Shown here: piece after piece, positions 1-8,811 of the stretch
Layout of the letters: every line of letters starts with the position of its first letter
How positions within the stretch are numbered: the first letter of the stretch is position 1
NCBI GenBank assembly: GCA_965243255.1
Contig: CBDEUH010000004.1
Location: 1,790,979 to 1,854,978 of the forward strand
Source: Dehalococcoidia bacterium
GTDB lineage: Bacteria; Chloroflexota; Dehalococcoidia; Lucifugimonadales; UBA3495
Reading direction: 5' to 3'
DNA: 64,000 bases
Made by a program: the position numbers and the translations under genes
The notes under the pieces: model-generated
Databases searched by the model: none
Told to the model about the DNA's origin: nothing
What the model saw: only the letters and a program-made list of their open reading frames with translations

Positions 1-725
1 AGGAGAGTCTGAAAGCCATTTACCAAATCCTGTCCATCCACCTGGGGAACCCGCCGGACAACTTTGACTGGCAGTGGAAGGACAAGGACGGCGAGTTTCA
101 CCGTGAAGGCGCGATGACGCCGTTGGAGTTCGCGGAGAAGTACATCGCCACGCCGATGGAGGAGTACGTGTGCCTGGTTCACGACCCGCGGCAGTCCAGC
201 CCGCCGGGGCGCACCTACACGGTGCAGTACCTGGGGAACGTGGTGGACGGGACCCGCATCAAGTACCTGAACGTGGACATTGAGCTGATGAAGGACATCG
301 CCATGCGGATGCTGCAGGACGGTCAGCCCGTGTGGATGGGTTGCGACACCGGCAAGCAGATGCACCGGGACAAGGGACTGTGGGACGCCGAACTGTTCGA
401 CTACGGCAGCGTGTACAGCGCCGACTTTGAGATGGACAAGGCGGACCGGCTGGAGTACCACCAGACGGCGATGACCCATGCGATGCTGTTCACCGGCGTG
501 GACGTGGTGGACGGGAAGCCTCGCCGCTGGCGGGTGGAAAACAGCTGGGACGACAAGGTGGGCGACAAGGGATTCTTCCTGATGAACGATTCCTGGTTCG
601 CCGAGTACATGTTTGAGATCGCGGCGCCGAAGAGCTACCTGCCGGCCGAGCTGCAGGAGGCGCTGGACCTGGAGCCGATTGTGCTGCCGCCGTGGGACCC
701 TATGGGGTCGCTGGCGACGGCCTAG
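1..725 (+). CDS. pepC: Aminopeptidase C / bleomycin-hydrolase-type C1 cysteine peptidase, C-terminal part (5' end outside window)
   Basis: Frame 3 is open from nt 3. Translation (...FDWQWKDKDGEFHREGAMTPLEF...THAMLFTGVD...WRVENSWD...GFFLMNDSWFAEYMFEIA...) fits the PepC-family C-terminal half. Stop at 723-725, followed by a hairpin. Confidence 0.8.
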   Translation, partial: ESLKAIYQILSIHLGNPPDNFDWQWKDKDGEFHREGAMTPLEFAEKYIATPMEEYVCLVHDPRQSSPPGRTYTVQYLGNVVDGTRIKYLNVDIELMKDIAMRMLQDGQPVWMGCDTGKQMHRDKGLWDAELFDYGSVYSADFEMDKADRLEYHQTAMTHAMLFTGVDVVDGKPRRWRVENSWDDKVGDKGFFLMNDSWFAEYMFEIAAPKSYLPAELQEALDLEPIVLPPWDPMGSLATA

Positions 726-737
726 CGGGGTGCATGC

Positions 738-762
738 AGGGGCGGGTCTAAGACCCGCCCCT
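738..762. terminator. GC-rich hairpin between convergent genes
   Basis: aggggcgggtc-taa-gacccgcccct (11-bp stem). Confidence 0.6.
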
Positions 763-788
763 AAACTTATTGGGCGGTGGCCGGCCGG

Positions 789-1142
789 TCAGGCTTCGGC
801 GTCGAACCAGGGCTTGGCGGCGGCTTCGTCCGGCCAGAGGAAGTCGAAACCGTTGCGGAGGGCGTTCTGGCGGTCGAGGTCTTCCCGGTCGCCGATGTGG
901 TAGTAGGCGTCGGCCTCGAAGCCGGACTTGACCTCGGCCAGCAGATGCTTGGCGACGGTGAAGTCAACGCTGATGTCAAATTCCTCCCACATGGAGCGCT
1001 GGCTGCTGGGGGGTCGGTCGGAGCAGCTGCCGATGAGGAAGCCCTTGTCGCGGACGATGCGGACCATCTCCATGGTCAAGGGGCCGGGCGGGTCGCCCAC
1101 CTCCAGGGTGCCGTCGATGTCAAAGCTGATGAGGATTGCCAT
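789..1142 (-). CDS. Small HAD-superfamily hydrolase-like protein
   Basis: 117-aa ORF with HAD motif I (SFDIDGTL), motif II-like (GSCSD) and motif IV-like (IGDREDLD). Short and cap-less. Confidence 0.6.
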   Translation of the reverse strand: MAILISFDIDGTLEVGDPPGPLTMEMVRIVRDKGFLIGSCSDRPPSSQRSMWEEFDISVDFTVAKHLLAEVKSGFEADAYYHIGDREDLDRQNALRNGFDFLWPDEAAAKPWFDAEA

Positions 1143-1221
1143 ACTGTTGCCTCGGTTGGGGTTGATGGGACGGAAGTTGGGGCGCCCACGGGGGACGCCC
1201 GGATTGGTTTCCGCAGTGTCT

Positions 1222-1249
1222 GGATTCCCGCCTTCGCGGGAATGACGGG
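1222..1249 (+). repeat. REP-like palindromic element, family A (GGATTCCCGC-N-GCGGGAATGACGGG)
   Basis: ggattcccgccttcgcgggaatgacggg; intergenic. Confidence 0.8.
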
Positions 1250-1258
1250 GGTTATTGG

Positions 1259-2590
1259 CTAGCTGGGGGTGGCGCTCCAGACGGTGAAGTTGCCGCCCAT
1301 GGGCATGGGGCCACCGGAGACGGCGATTTCGGGCTTGACGCCGGTGACGGAGCGGGCACCGGCCCGGCCCTGGATCTGCTGGATGCAGTCGGTGTGCATC
1401 CAGAAGCGGCTGCGTCCGCTGCCGATGTTGCCGCCGCTGGGCAGGACGGGGTTGGGGCCCTCGATGCTGATGTCGGTCTGGTAAAAGTCAAGGGCGTCGC
1501 CGCGCTGCATACCTCGGTAGCGCAGTCCCTCGATGTGGAACTGGTGGAACTGGGCGAAGCCGTCGTACATATTCTCGAAGGACAGGTCATCGGGGGAGAT
1601 ACCGGCGCTTTCGTAGATTTTGCGGCCGGTGGAATCGGTTTCGGCCTCAACCTCTTCGAGGGTGGGGACGATGCTGCGGGCGAGGCCGCGGCTGGAGGCG
1701 TGGCCGAGGATATAGACGGGCTTCTGGGCCATGTCCTGGGCCTTCTCGGCGGTGGTGAAGAGGTAGGCGGCCGAGGCCATGATGGGGATGTCGTTGTCGA
1801 ACAGGTTGGCCGGCTTGGCAATCCAGCGGGAGTTGAGGTAGTCCTCCGGGGGGAGCTGCTCGGGGCGATGCTGGGCCCAGTACCCTTCGGGGAAGAGCAG
1901 GCCGTTGCGGCGGGAGTTTTCCATGAAGGGGGCCATCATGTCGTGGTGTTTGCCGTACTTGGTGCAGTACTGGGCGAACTGGAGGGCGGTGCCGTAGCAG
2001 CCGGGGGCGCCCCAGAGGGTGCGGCCGGGGCTGAGGGCGAAGGAGCCGGGAACCTCGTTGGCGGCGCTGATGCCGCCGTGGTTGTAGCGACCCTCCAGGT
2101 TGTGCCAGCCCTTGAGGACCAGGCAGGTGCTGGCGAGGCCATCGCCCACGGCCTGGGCGGCGACGGTGATGGCGGCGGACATGCAGCCGGGGGCGTACAT
2201 GGTGAACTTGACGTTGGTCAGCTCGGGCATGTTCTTGAGGAGCCATTCGGCGCTGAGCTGGCCGATGCCGTCCAGGAGGTCGTCGGTGGGATTGAAGGCG
2301 TTGACCACGTCCATGGGGACGGGAGTGTCTGCGTCCCAGTGGGCGCCGGTGGTGGTTACGGGAACGAGGACAATGCCGTCAACCTGGCTGGGATCGACGC
2401 CGGCGTCTGCGATGGCCTGGCGGCAGGCCATGATGCTCTGAGCGCCGACGGAGGTTTCAGCCCGGCCGTCCCAGCGGCGGGCGGTGGGGGAGTGGCCGAT
2501 GCCGACGGCGGCGACCTTGCCCCGGTGGGGCCAGACACCGAGGCCCTCGGTGGAGCGGTACATTGATTCTGGCGCCATTTGAGTGGTCAT
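1259..2590 (-). CDS. Thiolase-fold protein (SCP-x / lipid-transfer type)
   Basis: 443-aa ORF with thiolase-like layout (…YAPGCMSAAITVAAQAV…, C-terminal GGNIGSGRS…). It sits directly downstream of a DUF35-type partner, which is the usual pairing. Confidence 0.75.
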   Translation of the reverse strand: MTTQMAPESMYRSTEGLGVWPHRGKVAAVGIGHSPTARRWDGRAETSVGAQSIMACRQAIADAGVDPSQVDGIVLVPVTTTGAHWDADTPVPMDVVNAFNPTDDLLDGIGQLSAEWLLKNMPELTNVKFTMYAPGCMSAAITVAAQAVGDGLASTCLVLKGWHNLEGRYNHGGISAANEVPGSFALSPGRTLWGAPGCYGTALQFAQYCTKYGKHHDMMAPFMENSRRNGLLFPEGYWAQHRPEQLPPEDYLNSRWIAKPANLFDNDIPIMASAAYLFTTAEKAQDMAQKPVYILGHASSRGLARSIVPTLEEVEAETDSTGRKIYESAGISPDDLSFENMYDGFAQFHQFHIEGLRYRGMQRGDALDFYQTDISIEGPNPVLPSGGNIGSGRSRFWMHTDCIQQIQGRAGARSVTGVKPEIAVSGGPMPMGGNFTVWSATPS

Positions 2591-2666
2591 ATCTCACTCC
2601 TTGGGTACGAATTGCGTACCGACGATGAGCAGTTTTCAGCGGGGGAGGGGTGGGAGGCGGGGGCGG

Positions 2667-3077
2667 CTATTCGACCAGCACCCACTCGGGAACCTTCTGG
2701 CCGTTGGCGGTCTCCTCGAAGATGACGCGGACGGCAGCGCCAACGGGCACCTCATCTGGGGGGACGCCCGGCAGGTGGGAGTACATCAGGATGCCGGGGT
2801 CTTCGTCGAGCATGATGGCGGCGAGGTTGAAGGGAAGGTCTTCTTTGAGGGACGCCACCGGGCAGTCGTAAACGACGCAGTAGTTGTAGATGGTGCCCCG
2901 TCCGCTGACTTCCTTCCAGACGACGCTTTCGCCCTCGCCGCAGATTTCACTGGCGGGACGGGGCGGGAAATACAGGCGGTCGCTGTTGGTGACAGACTGC
3001 ACCACCAGACGGCCCTCGTTAGCGGCGTCGAAGAAAGGCTTGTTAAAATCGTCGGGCACGACACCTTGTTTGACCAT
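2667..3077 (-). CDS. DUF35-type OB-fold protein (thiolase partner)
   Basis: ATG at 3075-3077 is the only plausible start in the tail of the 1089-aa shadow ORF. The 136-aa product (…GTIYNYCVVYDCP…PFNLAAIMLDEDPGILMYSHL…VRVIFEE) has the DUF35 OB-fold pattern. The Zn-ribbon cysteines are mostly absent. Confidence 0.75.
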   Translation of the reverse strand: MVKQGVVPDDFNKPFFDAANEGRLVVQSVTNSDRLYFPPRPASEICGEGESVVWKEVSGRGTIYNYCVVYDCPVASLKEDLPFNLAAIMLDEDPGILMYSHLPGVPPDEVPVGAAVRVIFEETANGQKVPEWVLVE

Positions 3078-3299
3078 GGTTTCCCCCAATTGATGTTGCC
3101 GAGGCCGGGCCGACAAATCCCGGCGTTGTCCGCCGGGAAGAGCGCCGGAATCGGATGATTTAGCAGGGCAAAGGTTATGCGGGAACGGCAGGCGTGTCAA
3201 GTTAGGAAACGACGGTTGCCCCATGCCCGGCGATGTGGCACCATTACGCTCGCAAAAATGAGGCACGGGAACAGGGACGCCAGGGAGAGGAACGCCGCC

Positions 3300-4094
3300 A
3301 TGAGCCTGGACATTTTCGACGTAGCCGGACAGAAGGTGCTGCTGACGGGCGCCGGTCGCGGCATCGGCAAGGGGATTGCGCTGGCCTTCGCCCAGGCCGG
3401 GGCCGACGTGGCGGTTACTGGGCTGACACCCACAGGGGTCAACCAGGTGGCGGAGGAGGTGCGCGCGCTGGGTCGGGTGTGCCTGCCGCTGACCGGGGAC
3501 GCGACGACAGGGGCGGACACCGACGCCATCGTAGAGCAGACCATTGCCGAGTTCGGCCACATCGACACGCTGGTGAACTGCGTGGGCGACGCCATCCGCA
3601 GGCCGGTGGTGCAGCTGCCGGGCAGCGACGTGCCCGGCATGACCGAGTCGGAGTGGCACAGCATCGTTGACATCAATCTGACGGAGGCGTTCCAGGGGTG
3701 CCGGGCCGTGGGGCCGCACTTGCTGGAGCGAGGCCGGGGCAGCGTCATCAACATCAGCGGGTGGGCGTCCTTCCGGGGGCGTCCCATGTCGGCCGCGTAC
3801 GATGCGGCCAAGGCGGGGCTGATGCGGTTCACCGAGGTGGTCGCGCAGGAGTGGGCGCCCCACGGCATTCGCTGCAACGCCATCGCGCCGGGGACGTTTC
3901 CCGACCCGGAGCAGATGTCGGCGGAGGCGTTCGCCGCGCGGGACGCCGGGGCCGCAGAGACCATTCCGCTGGGGCGGGTCGGCCGGCTGATTGAGGTGGG
4001 CTACCTGGCGGTGTACCTGGCCTCGCCGGCGGCGGCGTACGTTACCGGGCAGACGTGGGCCATTGATGGCGGCGTCAGCATCAAACATCCGTAA
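3300..4094 (+). CDS. SDR-family oxidoreductase
   Basis: Start moved to ATG 3300 (MSLDIFDV…). TGAGRGIGKG cofactor motif, YDAAK catalytic motif and C-terminal …VTGQTWAIDGG. Confidence 0.85.
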   Translation: MSLDIFDVAGQKVLLTGAGRGIGKGIALAFAQAGADVAVTGLTPTGVNQVAEEVRALGRVCLPLTGDATTGADTDAIVEQTIAEFGHIDTLVNCVGDAIRRPVVQLPGSDVPGMTESEWHSIVDINLTEAFQGCRAVGPHLLERGRGSVINISGWASFRGRPMSAAYDAAKAGLMRFTEVVAQEWAPHGIRCNAIAPGTFPDPEQMSAEAFAARDAGAAETIPLGRVGRLIEVGYLAVYLASPAAAYVTGQTWAIDGGVSIKHP

Positions 4095-4116
4095 GAGCGG
4101 GAGCAAAAGGATGCTG

Positions 4117-4143
4117 GGTTCCGGCTGGCGCGGGAATGACGAG
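4117..4143 (+). repeat. REP-like element, family A (degenerate left arm)
   Basis: ggttccggctggcgcgggaatgacgag; intergenic between the SDR and acyl-CoA synthetase genes. Confidence 0.7.
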
Positions 4144-4163
4144 ACACGTGCGGGAGGTCCGCC

Positions 4164-5777
4164 ATGACGATGCGATACGAACTGCTGGCGCACCGGATTC
4201 TGGAGCGGGCGGCGACGCAGTTTCCCAAGAAGCAAATCATCACCCGGGTGGGCGAGGGAACGCATCGGTACAGCTACGGGGATATGTTCACCCGCACGGC
4301 CCGGCTGGGCAACGCGCTGCGGGAGCTGGGCGTGGGGCCGGGGGACCGGGTGGGGACGTTTGCGTGGAACACCTACCGGCACCTGGAAGCATACTTCGCG
4401 CCGCCGACCATCGGGGCGGTGCTGCATACCATCAACATCCGCTTGGCTGCCGACGACATTGCGTACATCATCAATCACGCCGGGGACAAAGTGCTGCTGA
4501 TCGACCCGGACCTGGCGCCGCTGATTGAAGCCATCGCCGACCGGCTGACCACGGTGCAGCATTTCGTCATCCTGGGGGAGCCGAAGGAGGTAACCACTAC
4601 GCTGCCCGGCGCCGTGTGTTACGAGACGCTGCTGGCCGCAGCGTCGCCGGAGTACCGTCCGGCCGAGGTGGACGAGTACACGACCATGGGGCTGTGCTAC
4701 ACGTCGGCGACGACGGGGCTGCCCAAAGGGGTGGCCTATTCGCACCGGGCGGTGTATCTGCACTCGTTGACCTCGGCGATGACCGATATGTTCTCGCTGT
4801 CGGAGCGGGACCGGGTGATGGCGGTGGTGCCGATGTTCCACGCCAACTGCTGGGGGCTGCCCTATACGGCGACGCTGGTGGGGGCCGATCAGATTTTCCC
4901 GGGGGTGCGTCCGGACCCGCGGGCGATCTGCGAACTGGTGGAACGGGAGGGGGTAACGCTGAGCGCCGGCGTGCCCACCATCTGGATCGGGGTGCTGGAC
5001 TACCTGGAACGGTCGGGGGTGGAGCATGACCTGTCCACGCTGCGGCAGGTGGTGAGCGGAGGATCGGCGCTGCCGGTGGCGGTGCTGCAGGCATACCGGG
5101 ACCGGCTGGGCGTGGAGATGACCCACGCCTACGGGATGACCGAGGCGACGCCGCTGATATCGGTGAACCGTCGGCGCAGCTGGCTGGACGAGCTTTCGGC
5201 GGAGGAGCAGCTGGAGTTGTGCGCCAAGCAGGGGGTGGTTGCGCCGGGCATAGAGATGCGGCTGGTGGACGAGAACGGGAACGAAGCGGCGTGGGACGGC
5301 GAGCAGCGGGGGGAGTTGTGGTTCCGGGGGCCGTGGCTGGCCGGGGAGTACGTGAACGACGAACGCAGCGGGGAGACGTTCGTGGACGGCTGGTACCACA
5401 GCGGGGACATCGCCTCGATTGACCGCGACGGCTACATTCATATCGCCGACCGGGTGAGGGACATGGTGAAGAGCGGGGGCGAGTGGATATCGTCGGTGGA
5501 TTTGGAGTCGGCGATAATGGCGCATCCGGACGTGCTGGAGGCGGCGGTAATCGCGGTGCCGCATCCGCAGTGGCAGGAGCGTCCGCTGGCCTGCGTGGTG
5601 GCGAGGGCGGAAGCGTCGGGGCCGTTGACCAAGGACAAGATACTGGAGTTCATCCAGCCCCGGTTCGCGCGGTGGTGGCTGCCCGACGACGTGGTGTTCA
5701 TCGAAGAGATACCGAAGACCAGCGTGGGCAAGTTCGACAAGAAGGTATTGCGGGAGCGGTTTGAGCATCACCGCTGA
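4164..5777 (+). CDS. AMP-dependent acyl-CoA synthetase/ligase
   Basis: 537 aa with the AMP-binding motif YTSATTGLPKGV, …WYHSGDIA…DGY.HI.DR… and C-terminal …IPKTSVGKFDKK. Confidence 0.85.
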   Translation: MTMRYELLAHRILERAATQFPKKQIITRVGEGTHRYSYGDMFTRTARLGNALRELGVGPGDRVGTFAWNTYRHLEAYFAPPTIGAVLHTINIRLAADDIAYIINHAGDKVLLIDPDLAPLIEAIADRLTTVQHFVILGEPKEVTTTLPGAVCYETLLAAASPEYRPAEVDEYTTMGLCYTSATTGLPKGVAYSHRAVYLHSLTSAMTDMFSLSERDRVMAVVPMFHANCWGLPYTATLVGADQIFPGVRPDPRAICELVEREGVTLSAGVPTIWIGVLDYLERSGVEHDLSTLRQVVSGGSALPVAVLQAYRDRLGVEMTHAYGMTEATPLISVNRRRSWLDELSAEEQLELCAKQGVVAPGIEMRLVDENGNEAAWDGEQRGELWFRGPWLAGEYVNDERSGETFVDGWYHSGDIASIDRDGYIHIADRVRDMVKSGGEWISSVDLESAIMAHPDVLEAAVIAVPHPQWQERPLACVVARAEASGPLTKDKILEFIQPRFARWWLPDDVVFIEEIPKTSVGKFDKKVLRERFEHHR

Positions 5778-6465
5778 TAATCCGGACGGCGGCAGCGTCG
5801 CCATTGCCGCCGCCGGCATCCGCAAGGAGTACGGGGACCGGGCCGTGCTGCGGGGCGTTGACCTGACGGTAGGCTGGGGCGAGATAGCCGTGCTGTTCGG
5901 GGCCAACGGGGCGGGCAAGACGACGCTGCTGCGCATCCTGGCCGGGCTGACGCGGGCGGACGGCGGAGCGGTCCGGCTGGCGGGACGGCCGATGCATCGC
6001 CGGGGGAACCGGGCGCGCCGGCTGGTGGGGTTCGCCGGTCATCAGACGATGCTGTACAACGACCTGACGTGCCGGGAGAACCTGGCTTTTTACGCCCGGC
6101 TGTACGGCATCCGGAACGCGGGGCGGCGGATTGATGACGCGTTGGGTCAATTGCACCTGTCGGACCGGGCCAACCGGCGGGTGCGCACGCTGTCGCACGG
6201 GATGCAGAAGCGGCTGGCCATGGCGCGGGCGATATTGCACGAGCCGGAGGTGCTGCTGCTGGACGAGCCGGAATCGGGTCTGGACGGAGCGTCGGTGGAG
6301 ACGCTGGGGGAGCTGCTGAGGGAGTGGGCGGCGTCGGGGCGGGCGGCGCTGCTGACGACGCACAGTATTGAGGTGGGGCTGGCCTGGGCGCATCGGGCGT
6401 TGACGCTGGAGGGTGGTCGGGTGAGCGGGGTTGCTCCCGCTGATCCTTCGACAGGCGCAGGATGA
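5761..6465 (+). CDS. ccmA: Heme exporter ATP-binding protein CcmA (ABC ATPase)
   Basis: Walker A GANGAGKTT, signature LSHGMQKRL, Walker B LLLLDEP. First gene of the ccmABCDE order. TTG start overlaps the preceding gene by 17 nt, so the start is uncertain. The last ~10 codons lie in a palindromic repeat. Confidence 0.7.
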   Translation: MSITADNPDGGSVAIAAAGIRKEYGDRAVLRGVDLTVGWGEIAVLFGANGAGKTTLLRILAGLTRADGGAVRLAGRPMHRRGNRARRLVGFAGHQTMLYNDLTCRENLAFYARLYGIRNAGRRIDDALGQLHLSDRANRRVRTLSHGMQKRLAMARAILHEPEVLLLDEPESGLDGASVETLGELLREWAASGRAALLTTHSIEVGLAWAHRALTLEGGRVSGVAPADPSTGAG

Positions 6466-6472
6466 GCGGGAG
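6434..6472 (+). repeat. Palindromic element, family B (CTCCCGCTGATCCT-11 nt-AGGATGAGCGGGAG)
   Basis: 14-bp arms with one mismatch. Overlaps the last codons and the stop of ccmA. Confidence 0.8.
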
Positions 6473-6502
6473 TCGGACGGAGTGATAGAGAGCGGGGCGG
6501 TA

Positions 6503-7177
6503 ATGGAACTGTTGCGGGGGACGCTGGCGATTGCGTGGAAGGACGTTCGGCTGGAGCTGCGCTCCCGGGACGTCATCACGTCGGCGCTGGTGTTCGGGCT
6601 GATCGTGGTGGTGGTGTTCAACTTCGGGTTGAACCGGGCGCCGGGGAGCTTGGCTCCGGTGGCGCCGGGTTTGTTGTGGGTGGCGTACGCATTCATTGGG
6701 GTGCTGGCGATGAACCGGGCCTTTACGCGGGAGCTGGAGCAGGGCGGGATGGACGGGCTGCTGCTGGCGCCGGTGAGCCGGGACGCGGTGTTCCTGGGCA
6801 AGATGCTGGGGAGCTTGATTTTCATGCTGGTGATTGAGGCGATACTGCTGCCGGTGTTCGCGGTGATGCTGGACCTGCCCACGCTGTCGCCGACGCTGGG
6901 TCTGGTGATACTGCTGGCCACGGTGGGGTTTGCGACGGTGGGGACGTTCTTCGCGGGGATTGCGGTGCAAACGCGTTCGCGGGAGATACTGCTGCCGGTG
7001 CTGTTCTTTCCGGTGATTGTGCCGGTGATCATCGCTGCGGTGGAGGCGTCGGCGCTGGTATTGCAGGGTGGGCCGATGACAGGGGTTTGGACGCGGTGGC
7101 TGCCGCTGCTGGTGGTATTCGACGCGCTGTTTCTGGTAATATGTCCGTGGATTTTCGGGTTCATTTTCGAGGGATAG
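6503..7177 (+). CDS. ccmB: Heme exporter membrane protein CcmB
   Basis: ATG 6503 chosen (MELLRGTLAIAWKDVRLELRSRD…). Polytopic membrane protein typical of CcmB, positioned between ccmA and ccmC. Confidence 0.75.
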   Translation: MELLRGTLAIAWKDVRLELRSRDVITSALVFGLIVVVVFNFGLNRAPGSLAPVAPGLLWVAYAFIGVLAMNRAFTRELEQGGMDGLLLAPVSRDAVFLGKMLGSLIFMLVIEAILLPVFAVMLDLPTLSPTLGLVILLATVGFATVGTFFAGIAVQTRSREILLPVLFFPVIVPVIIAAVEASALVLQGGPMTGVWTRWLPLLVVFDALFLVICPWIFGFIFEG

Positions 7178-7183
7178 CGTAGA

Positions 7184-7924
7184 TTGGCGGCGATAGCAGG
7201 CCAACCGACGAGCAAGAGACCCAGGCGCGCGGCGATACGAGACGCGCGCTTTTGGCTGTTGCTGCTGGCCGCCGCGCTGACGCTGGTGGACGGCTACCTG
7301 ATTTTTGTGGTCGCGCCGACTGACTGGGTCCAGGGACACGTGGGAAGGACGCTGTACGTCCATGTTCCGATATCGATCCTGTCGTTTTTGGGGTTCCTGC
7401 TGTGCGCCATCGCGGGCGTCGGCTACCTGATACGGCGCAGCGAGGGTTGGGATCGGCTGGCTCACGCTGCCGCCGAGGTGGGCGTGGTGTTTGTGACGCT
7501 GGCGCTGCTGACTGGCATCATCTGGGGGAAGCCCATCTGGAACGCGTGGTGGCAGTGGGATGCGAGGCTTACTACTACTCTCATTCTCTGGTTCATCTAC
7601 GTGGCCTATTTGATGATACGGCAGTACGCGCCGACGCCGCAACAGGGCCGTGTCTGGTCGGCAGTGGTGGGCATCATTGGTTTCGTTGACGTGCCCATCG
7701 TGTACTTCTCGGTGAAGTGGTGGCGCACGTTGCATCCGGAGCAGGTGATCGGGCCGGCGGCGGCTGAGGGAAGCCTGGAGCCGATAGTGGCGCGCATCCT
7801 GATATTCTCGCTGGGGGCGATGCTGGCGCTGTTTGCCTATCTGCTGCTGGAGCGGATGGCGCTGCGAAAGACCGAGGACACGCTGGCGCAGTTGCGTCGA
7901 GAGGCGAATCTGGACCAGGCTTAG
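7184..7924 (+). CDS. ccmC: Heme exporter / heme lyase protein CcmC
   Basis: Contains the WWD-type tryptophan-rich motif WGKPIWNAWWQWDARLT and conserved His residues. TTG start at 7184. Confidence 0.85.
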   Translation: MAAIAGQPTSKRPRRAAIRDARFWLLLLAAALTLVDGYLIFVVAPTDWVQGHVGRTLYVHVPISILSFLGFLLCAIAGVGYLIRRSEGWDRLAHAAAEVGVVFVTLALLTGIIWGKPIWNAWWQWDARLTTTLILWFIYVAYLMIRQYAPTPQQGRVWSAVVGIIGFVDVPIVYFSVKWWRTLHPEQVIGPAAAEGSLEPIVARILIFSLGAMLALFAYLLLERMALRKTEDTLAQLRREANLDQA

Positions 7925-7942
7925 AAGGAAGCACGGAACAGT

Positions 7943-8140
7943 ATGACGGACATACCATCGGACAACCTGCCGCATCTCTTTGCCGCCTTCGCCATTGTGT
8001 GGGTGGTGTTTTTCATCTACGCCGGGTATATGTCGTGGCGGCGGCGGTCGGTGCAGCAGGAGCTGGAGGAACTGCGGGAGTCGGGGGAGGATGAGGAAGG
8101 GCGGGTCCTTCGACAGGCTCAGGATGAGCGGGAGCAGTAG
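7943..8140 (+). CDS. ccmD: Small single-TM protein, CcmD-like
   Basis: 65 aa with one hydrophobic helix (LFAAFAIVWVVFFIYAGYM) followed by a charged tail. Lies between ccmC and ccmE. The C-terminus (…LRQAQDEREQ) is encoded by a repeat element. Confidence 0.5.
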   Translation: MTDIPSDNLPHLFAAFAIVWVVFFIYAGYMSWRRRSVQQELEELRESGEDEEGRVLRQAQDEREQ

Positions 8141-8162
8141 GGTACAGGATGAGCGGGAGCAG
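8107..8162 (+). repeat. Family B element, partial, with duplicated right arm
   Basis: tccttcgacaggctcAGGATGAGCGGGAGCAG…tacAGGATGAGCGGGAGCAG. Supplies the C-terminus and stop of ccmD. Confidence 0.7.
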
Positions 8163-8214
8163 CAGGGTATAATGGGAAGACGAAGCCGGGCCCGTTGAGG
8201 ACGTACCGAAGCCA

Positions 8215-8778
8215 ATGCAGTCTGAGAACTACACCGACCAACCGGGGGAAACGATAGCCCCGTACCTGGAAGCCGATGCCGGCGAGGAGCGCTCCGGGTG
8301 GCGCAGCCATCGGGTGCGGCTGGGCATTCTGGCCGGCGTGATTGCGTTGGCGGTGGCGTATATGGTGTATGCGGCGTTTCCGGGGAACACGCTGTACTTC
8401 GTAACCGTGAGCGAGTTTGTGGAGGACCCCAGGCTGCACGACGGGCAGACGCTGCGGGTGGCCGGGGCGCTGTCGCCGGACAGCTTCCGGCGGGAGGACG
8501 GATCCGCGGTGTCGCGGTTCGCCCTGGGGGACAAGGAGCCGGACGTGCCGGGGATCGCGGCGGGCAGTCCGGAGATGGCGGCGAGCTATGTGGGGGTGCT
8601 GCCGGACCTGTTCTTCAACCCACACTCGGAGATCATCCTGGAAGGCAGCTACGACGGGGAGAGCGGCGTCTTCGTGACGGACAACATCCTGGTGAAGTGT
8701 CCGTCGAAGTACCAGTCGCTGCAGGCGGAGAATCCGGACGTGGTTCCGGGGGCGGCGGTTCCGCAAGGCGGGTATTGA
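8215..8778 (+). CDS. ccmE: Cytochrome c maturation heme chaperone CcmE, Cys-type (CxxxY) variant
   Basis: N-terminal TM anchor, OB-fold core (…LRVAGAL…ILEGSYD…GVFVTDNILVKCPSKYQS) with C-P-S-K-Y where canonical CcmE has H-x-x-x-Y. Confidence 0.75.
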   Translation: MQSENYTDQPGETIAPYLEADAGEERSGWRSHRVRLGILAGVIALAVAYMVYAAFPGNTLYFVTVSEFVEDPRLHDGQTLRVAGALSPDSFRREDGSAVSRFALGDKEPDVPGIAAGSPEMAASYVGVLPDLFFNPHSEIILEGSYDGESGVFVTDNILVKCPSKYQSLQAENPDVVPGAAVPQGGY

Positions 8779-8808
8779 GGTTAGGGCAGCTGGGATGCGA
8801 GGTGGGCG
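8748..8808 (+). repeat. 61-bp direct repeat, copy 1 (flanks protease cassette)
   Basis: 59 of 61 positions identical to 9447-9507. Contains the ccmE stop (8776-8778) and a copy of the vapC 3' end. Confidence 0.9.
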
Positions 8809-8811
8809 ATT

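Noticed and set aside
2667-5936. 1089-aa minus-strand ORF, the longest in the track
   Set aside because: Its translation is Arg/Pro/His/Gln-rich low-complexity sequence antisense to well-supported plus-strand genes (SDR, acyl-CoA synthetase). This is typical shadow-ORF behaviour in high-GC DNA. Only the last 136 codons (2667-3077, DUF35-like) look real.
6431-6502. TTG start at 6431 for ccmB (adds MLPLILRQAQDERESDGVIESGAV)
   Set aside because: These codons are the translation of the family-B palindromic repeat and overlap ccmA. ATG 6503 gives a conventional CcmB N-terminus.
5768-8215. 815-aa minus-strand ORF across the ccm region
   Set aside because: It lies antisense to ccmA-D, which have clear family motifs. 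The translation is Arg/Pro/Gln-rich with no recognisable domain.
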